A stretch of DNA of 64,000 nt from Candidatus Hydrogenedentota bacterium (GTDB lineage Bacteria; Hydrogenedentota; Hydrogenedentia; Hydrogenedentales; SLHB01), in assembly GCA_963674865.2 (NCBI GenBank), contig CAXXYE010000006.1:1-64000 (forward strand). Reading direction: 5' to 3'. Numbering within the stretch: position 1 is the stretch's first letter; every line of letters starts with the position of its first letter. Position numbers and translations under genes: made by a program. Shown here one piece after another: positions 59,792 to 64,000 of the stretch. The notes beneath the pieces were generated by a model. That model ran no database searches. It was not told the origin of the DNA and saw nothing but the letters and a program-made list of their open reading frames with translations.

Positions 59792-61138
59792 CTATCCTTC
59801 TTTCGCGGCCTGCATCGGGCGGATGAAGTCCACCGGGGGGCCGGCGATTAGGGCCCAATCCGCCAAGGCTTCGAGAGAGTCCCCATAGGCGGCCATCCAA
59901 TGGTGGCCGATCCCCTGCGTGTGAATCCACGAGATGATATCGTTGACGGGATAGGGAAACTTCACGCGCAACGGGTTGCCGGGAAACACCATTTCGGTGG
60001 AAACGGCCTCGCCCTGAAGGAGGGTACACTGGTAGCCCCCGCCCGAGGCAAGCAGGTTCACCAGGGTAACCGGGCCGGGCCGGGCCGTGAACAGAGCGCA
60101 CGCCCCGGTATTCATCAGCCGCACGGATTCGAGCGACACGGCCTCCGGGCGCTCTGCCAGGCTGAACGAGCCCGATCCGCAGTGCGAAAACACCACGGTT
60201 TCATCGGGCATGGGCTCCAGCCAGTCCGTGTTGTGAGTGGGCCCGCCCGTTAGCCACGTGAGCATGAGTTGGCCCGCGGCCCCGTTCACGTCCCCTTCGC
60301 AGGCGAACGGGATGCCGTCATCCGCCAAGAGGGACGCGGGCAGGCAGACGCGCCCCATCAGGTTTGGATAACAGCTTACGGCAAGGGCGTCGAGATCGTA
60401 CTCAGCCACGATCTCACGCAGGGCGGCGTATAGACGCATCGCATCCACGCCGTCTGTGTCGGAAACTCGGCACGCCGCGCTACGTTCCTTCATATCATCC
60501 CAACGCCGCACGGCCTCCGCCTCGTCGACGGCTTGGGCACGTTCGAGCATCTTGGGGATATCGAGCGGGACGACCCGCGGGCCGATGGCCCTCTTCAGGG
60601 CAAACTCGTTCGCGGCGATCTCCGTCATGCCATTGCAGCGGCCGCCGCCGAAGCCGATGCGGGCACGCCGCAGGCGTCTATGGAGAGCGGCGGCCCTCAA
60701 GAAAGCATGCACACGATCGAGGGCGGCGCCCCGCCCAATCGAGCCGTAAACGGCGCAATACGGGTGCTCCAACTGCTTGAGGTATGCGGTCAGTTGCTGC
60801 GAGCCACAGAGAGCGCCGGTTTCCATTCCGGGCAAAGACCAGAGAACAACAGGCACGTGGCACACTTCGAGAGCGTCGAGCGCCAGGTAGTCCTCGTACC
60901 AACTGGTGGCGGCGAAGGCCACGGCATGCACGCGCCCATCGAGCATCCGCTCGCCAGCCGCCGCGGCTTGCCGGGGCGTGCCCACGGCGTCCAGCCGGAC
61001 AGTCTCGAATCCCACGCTGTCGAACAGCGAAGCCAACCGCTCCGCCGCCTGCGGCGCGCCGTCGGCGCCGACCTCGAGCGGACTCGACAACGCCCCCACG
61101 CCAACGACGGGGATGAGTGGTGTATGTCTCTCGCTCAT
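59792..61138 (-). CDS. L-fucose/L-arabinose isomerase family protein
   Basis: ALCGSQQ, ALAVSCYP, ACEGDVNGA, SHCG, GHHW. Confidence 0.85.
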   Translation of the reverse strand: MSERHTPLIPVVGVGALSSPLEVGADGAPQAAERLASLFDSVGFETVRLDAVGTPRQAAAAGERMLDGRVHAVAFAATSWYEDYLALDALEVCHVPVVLWSLPGMETGALCGSQQLTAYLKQLEHPYCAVYGSIGRGAALDRVHAFLRAAALHRRLRRARIGFGGGRCNGMTEIAANEFALKRAIGPRVVPLDIPKMLERAQAVDEAEAVRRWDDMKERSAACRVSDTDGVDAMRLYAALREIVAEYDLDALAVSCYPNLMGRVCLPASLLADDGIPFACEGDVNGAAGQLMLTWLTGGPTHNTDWLEPMPDETVVFSHCGSGSFSLAERPEAVSLESVRLMNTGACALFTARPGPVTLVNLLASGGGYQCTLLQGEAVSTEMVFPGNPLRVKFPYPVNDIISWIHTQGIGHHWMAAYGDSLEALADWALIAGPPVDFIRPMQAAKEG

Positions 61139-61394
61139 CTCAGTAATGTGCCTTCCTTACCGCGACGCGCGCACCGGCACGTCCTCACATTAGCATGCAC
61201 ACCGTCCGGCGGCCGCCTCCCGCTGCGAGCTTAGCCGCGCGGGCAAGCGCCCGGTGCGTACATGTAATCACTTGCGCGATTCCCGGCCATGCTCCACGGA
61301 CTGCCCGCACTGGAAAGCGGTGTCTCGGTTATCAGGGCCGGGATGTTTTAGCGCACACGCAGTCCATAGTCCACCAAGCGCAGGGCATTACGCA

Positions 61395-61426
61395 AGCCGC
61401 CCTCATGCAGCCGCCCTCATGCAGCC
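61395..61426 (+). repeat. 14-bp tandem duplication
   Basis: AGCCGCCCTCATGC twice, then AGCC. Confidence 0.7.
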
Positions 61427-61748
61427 TTCAACCATGCCGTTGGCGTCGCGGGGGGCCCAGCATACTGCCAAGAAGCACTGCCGTGTCGCACAGACGACGA
61501 AGCTGAATGCCCGGCGGCTCCGCCAACAGCACGAGTCCGCCATGTGAATTAGGCGTGTGCGAGGCGTGATCTTCCGTTCCCGGTCGTCCACTCCCCAGAG
61601 CACGGGGACGGCGCCGTAAGTTCTTTCCCCAAAAGATGTTATTCAGGATAGGAGTGCAACGAGCCGGCCCAAATAAGTAGAGGCATGCTTCCATAGTTGC
61701 CGGGATTCTGCCTTGTTTTTGACCAGCTACCACAAGGGCTCCACCGTT

Positions 61749-62978
61749 GTGATACGACTCAAGATTCAACAAGCGCCTATTGACAAACTGACGCCCTGGG
61801 ACGGCAATCCGAGGAAGAACGACAAGGCCGTCGCCGCCGTCGCGAAGAGCATCAAACGTTTCGGATTCAATGTCCCCATCCTGTGCGACGGCGAGCGTGG
61901 CATCATCGCCGGGCATACGCGGCTCGAAGCGGCCAAACGGCTCGGCATGAAGATGGTCCCCATCATCTGCCTGCCGCTCGGACAACACGAGCGCAGGTTG
62001 TTCGCCATCGCCGACAACCGCACGGGCGAACTGGCGGACTGGGACACGCCCAAGCTGAAGGAGATCCTGGACGAACTCCATTCCGAAGACGTTGATCTCA
62101 GTGCGCTGGGTTTTCCGGCCCGGGAGCTTCGTCGGCTGCTCAAGGTGGAGCGGGAGCGCGAGGAAAACCTGCCCGAGCCGCCCGTCCGCGCAAGGACTAC
62201 GCCCGGCACACTGTGGAAGCTTGGCCGTCATCGGCTGCTCTGTGGCGATTCGAGATACAAAACCACGTCCGCACGATTACTCGGCAAGACCAAGGTAGAC
62301 CATGTCTTTGCCAGTCCGCCCTACTTTAACCAGCGCGCGTATGCCCATTGGGATAACTACACCAAGTATCTTCGCGACATGGGTCGCGTCATGGCCAACT
62401 GCTTCGCTGCGTTGAAAGACGGAGGCGTCATTGTCTGGAACATTGGCAACGGCGCCAGCACGCATCATGCCCACGTCATACACCACGCCAGCATGTTGGA
62501 AGAAAACAACTTCCGCTTCCTGGACATGATCATTTGGGTGAAGCCCGAGGCAAATTACGGCGTGGCGCGCAATGTGCACATTCGGAGAAGCGCACGCTAT
62601 TTCCCCGCGCCTCGATGGGAAGCGCTTCTTGCATACCAACGAAGCGGCAAAATGCCAAACATGACGGCGGAAGGTGTGTGCTATATGAGCAAACACCACA
62701 CCGATGTCTGGACGGTGCCCATTGTCAGGCGCCAAATGCACATTTACGGTCATCCCGCCGTATGTCCAGTGGAAATACCGGTCCGGACAATTGAGGCGTA
62801 CACGGGCGAAGGGGCAAGTCTACTGGAGCCTTTTGGCGGCTCGGGAACAACGCTCATTGCCGCTGAGCAAACGGGGAGACGCGCCTTTCTCATCGAAAGA
62901 TTGCCGCGCTACTGCGATGCCATCCTGAAACGTTGGGAAGAGTATTCAGGCAAGAGGGCGCGCCGGAGCAAAGATTGA
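61749..62978 (+). CDS. ParB/Srx N-terminal domain fused to a beta-class amino (N4C/N6A) DNA methyltransferase
   Basis: NPRKND, IIAGHTRLEAA, IADNRT; HRLLCGDS, SPPY, HPAVCP, LEPFGGSGTT. Confidence 0.92.
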   Translation: MIRLKIQQAPIDKLTPWDGNPRKNDKAVAAVAKSIKRFGFNVPILCDGERGIIAGHTRLEAAKRLGMKMVPIICLPLGQHERRLFAIADNRTGELADWDTPKLKEILDELHSEDVDLSALGFPARELRRLLKVEREREENLPEPPVRARTTPGTLWKLGRHRLLCGDSRYKTTSARLLGKTKVDHVFASPPYFNQRAYAHWDNYTKYLRDMGRVMANCFAALKDGGVIVWNIGNGASTHHAHVIHHASMLEENNFRFLDMIIWVKPEANYGVARNVHIRRSARYFPAPRWEALLAYQRSGKMPNMTAEGVCYMSKHHTDVWTVPIVRRQMHIYGHPAVCPVEIPVRTIEAYTGEGASLLEPFGGSGTTLIAAEQTGRRAFLIERLPRYCDAILKRWEEYSGKRARRSKD

Positions 62979-62997
62979 GCAGGGAGGAAAGGAACCA

Positions 62998-64000
62998 ATG
63001 CAATCGAAGACGAACAAGGCAACTGAGGGGATCCAAGACCGGCAGTTGCCCAGACAGCGCAGATTGCGCAGGCCGCGGTTCTTCAGGCCAAAGACAATCG
63101 TTCTTGCCAAGGGAGCCTTGGACAACGAGACGCGAGTGGGCCTTGTCGAACGGATCTGCCGAGCGTATCCAAGGGCGAAAATCGTCGAACAACTTGATAC
63201 ACCGGCCAATCGTGTGAGAGTGGAGGGCGCGAATCCGTTCGTTCGACACAGGGAAGGCAAGCAGACACTCGTTCTCGGCACGCAACTGAATGCGGTGCGG
63301 TCCACGCCAGACGACAATCGCGCCTGCGCGCCGTACTGGTACTTCTCGGCATATGGGCACTGTCCCTATGGCTGCAAATATTGTCACTTGGGAGGGGCCC
63401 GAACCGTGTGGTTCTCTCCGGCGGTCAAGATCTACGTCAATCTAGAGGAGATCATGAGTCAAATCGAGTCCGCCGCGGCCAATCTGGTGAAACCGACGGC
63501 GTTCGTGTCGGGCAAACTCCAAGACGGCCTAGCGCTTGATCCTTTGACGGGATATTCACGTTCGCTGATTCCCTTCTTCGCTGCGCATCGATATGCCCGG
63601 CAAATCGTCGTGACCAAATCGGACGCTGTCGAGAACCTACTCGACATCGACCACGGCGGAAACACCATCCTGTGCTGGAGTCTGAATCTTCCGGAAGTAG
63701 CGAGGTCGCATGAGACCAATGTTCCGAACATGGCAGCACGTATAGGCGCCATGAAACGTTGCGCAGAACAAGGCTATCGAATCCGCGCGCTGATTCAGCC
63801 CGTTATCCAGTGCAAGGAATGGGAGGAGCGGTACGTTGGCTTCATTCGGCAACTCCTCAAAGAAGTGCCGTTGGAGCGCCTTTCGTTCGGCGGAGTGTAC
63901 TTGAATCCACGTGTCCTTTATCTGATAAAGAGAAAGCTTGGCCGCCATTACGAGGCCTTCAAGGCTCAGCAGAAAACGGATGGGAACTGTCGAAGTGGAA
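62998..64000 (+). CDS. Spore photoproduct lyase-like radical SAM protein, 3'-partial (absent from the ORF track because no stop lies in the window)
   Basis: Open frame from the ATG at 62998 to the window end; GHCPYGCKYCHL (CxxxCxxC), YVNLEEI, VTKS, WSLN, ARIGAMKRCAEQGY. Confidence 0.85.
   Translation, partial: MQSKTNKATEGIQDRQLPRQRRLRRPRFFRPKTIVLAKGALDNETRVGLVERICRAYPRAKIVEQLDTPANRVRVEGANPFVRHREGKQTLVLGTQLNAVRSTPDDNRACAPYWYFSAYGHCPYGCKYCHLGGARTVWFSPAVKIYVNLEEIMSQIESAAANLVKPTAFVSGKLQDGLALDPLTGYSRSLIPFFAAHRYARQIVVTKSDAVENLLDIDHGGNTILCWSLNLPEVARSHETNVPNMAARIGAMKRCAEQGYRIRALIQPVIQCKEWEERYVGFIRQLLKEVPLERLSFGGVYLNPRVLYLIKRKLGRHYEAFKAQQKTDGNCRSG

Larger units (their letters stand above)
56093..64000. 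mobile_element. Probable decayed genomic island 3' of tRNA-Lys, right end outside the window
   Basis: Low coding density, pseudogenes, an internal duplication and phage/ICE-type ParB-MTase cargo; no integrase seen. Confidence 0.55.

Overview
GC-rich bacterial chromosomal segment. The gene content (CFI-box/Ig surface protein, cohesin protein, many sulfatases and URO-D-family proteins, flagella) suggests Ca. Hydrogenedentota or another PVC-like heterotroph; this is inference only. From left to right: (1) a sulfated/fucosylated-glycan utilisation cluster (1-8.1 kb) whose first 3.4 kb carry several apparent +1 frameshifts, probably sequencing errors; (2) a RAYT transposase remnant and a TetR-HlyD-ABC efflux operon; (3) a degenerate tRNA-Met 3' fragment; (4) a coupled pair of apparently inactivated conflict-system proteins (wHTH-nucleotidyltransferase-like plus restriction-enzyme N-terminus-like) behind an AT-rich promoter; (5) pepF, folD and fliQ-fliR-flhB-flhA-flhF-flhG; (6) a large Ig-repeat CFI-box surface protein with a perfect sigma70 promoter; (7) lgt, a cohesin protein, an STK-FGE kinase and HNH-priA; (8) GH38 and further glycan and envelope genes; (9) tRNA-Lys(TTT) followed by an accessory island that runs off the right end. 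The island holds a truncated ParB-MTase duplicate, a 61-aa ORF paired with a papain/C39-like peptidase, DUF523, an HTH remnant, a fucose-isomerase-family gene, and a ParB-DNA methyltransferase coupled to a spore-photoproduct-lyase-like radical SAM enzyme. The best candidates for undescribed systems are the two island modules and the degenerate wHTH/REase pair. All calls come from motif recognition by eye; no searches were run.
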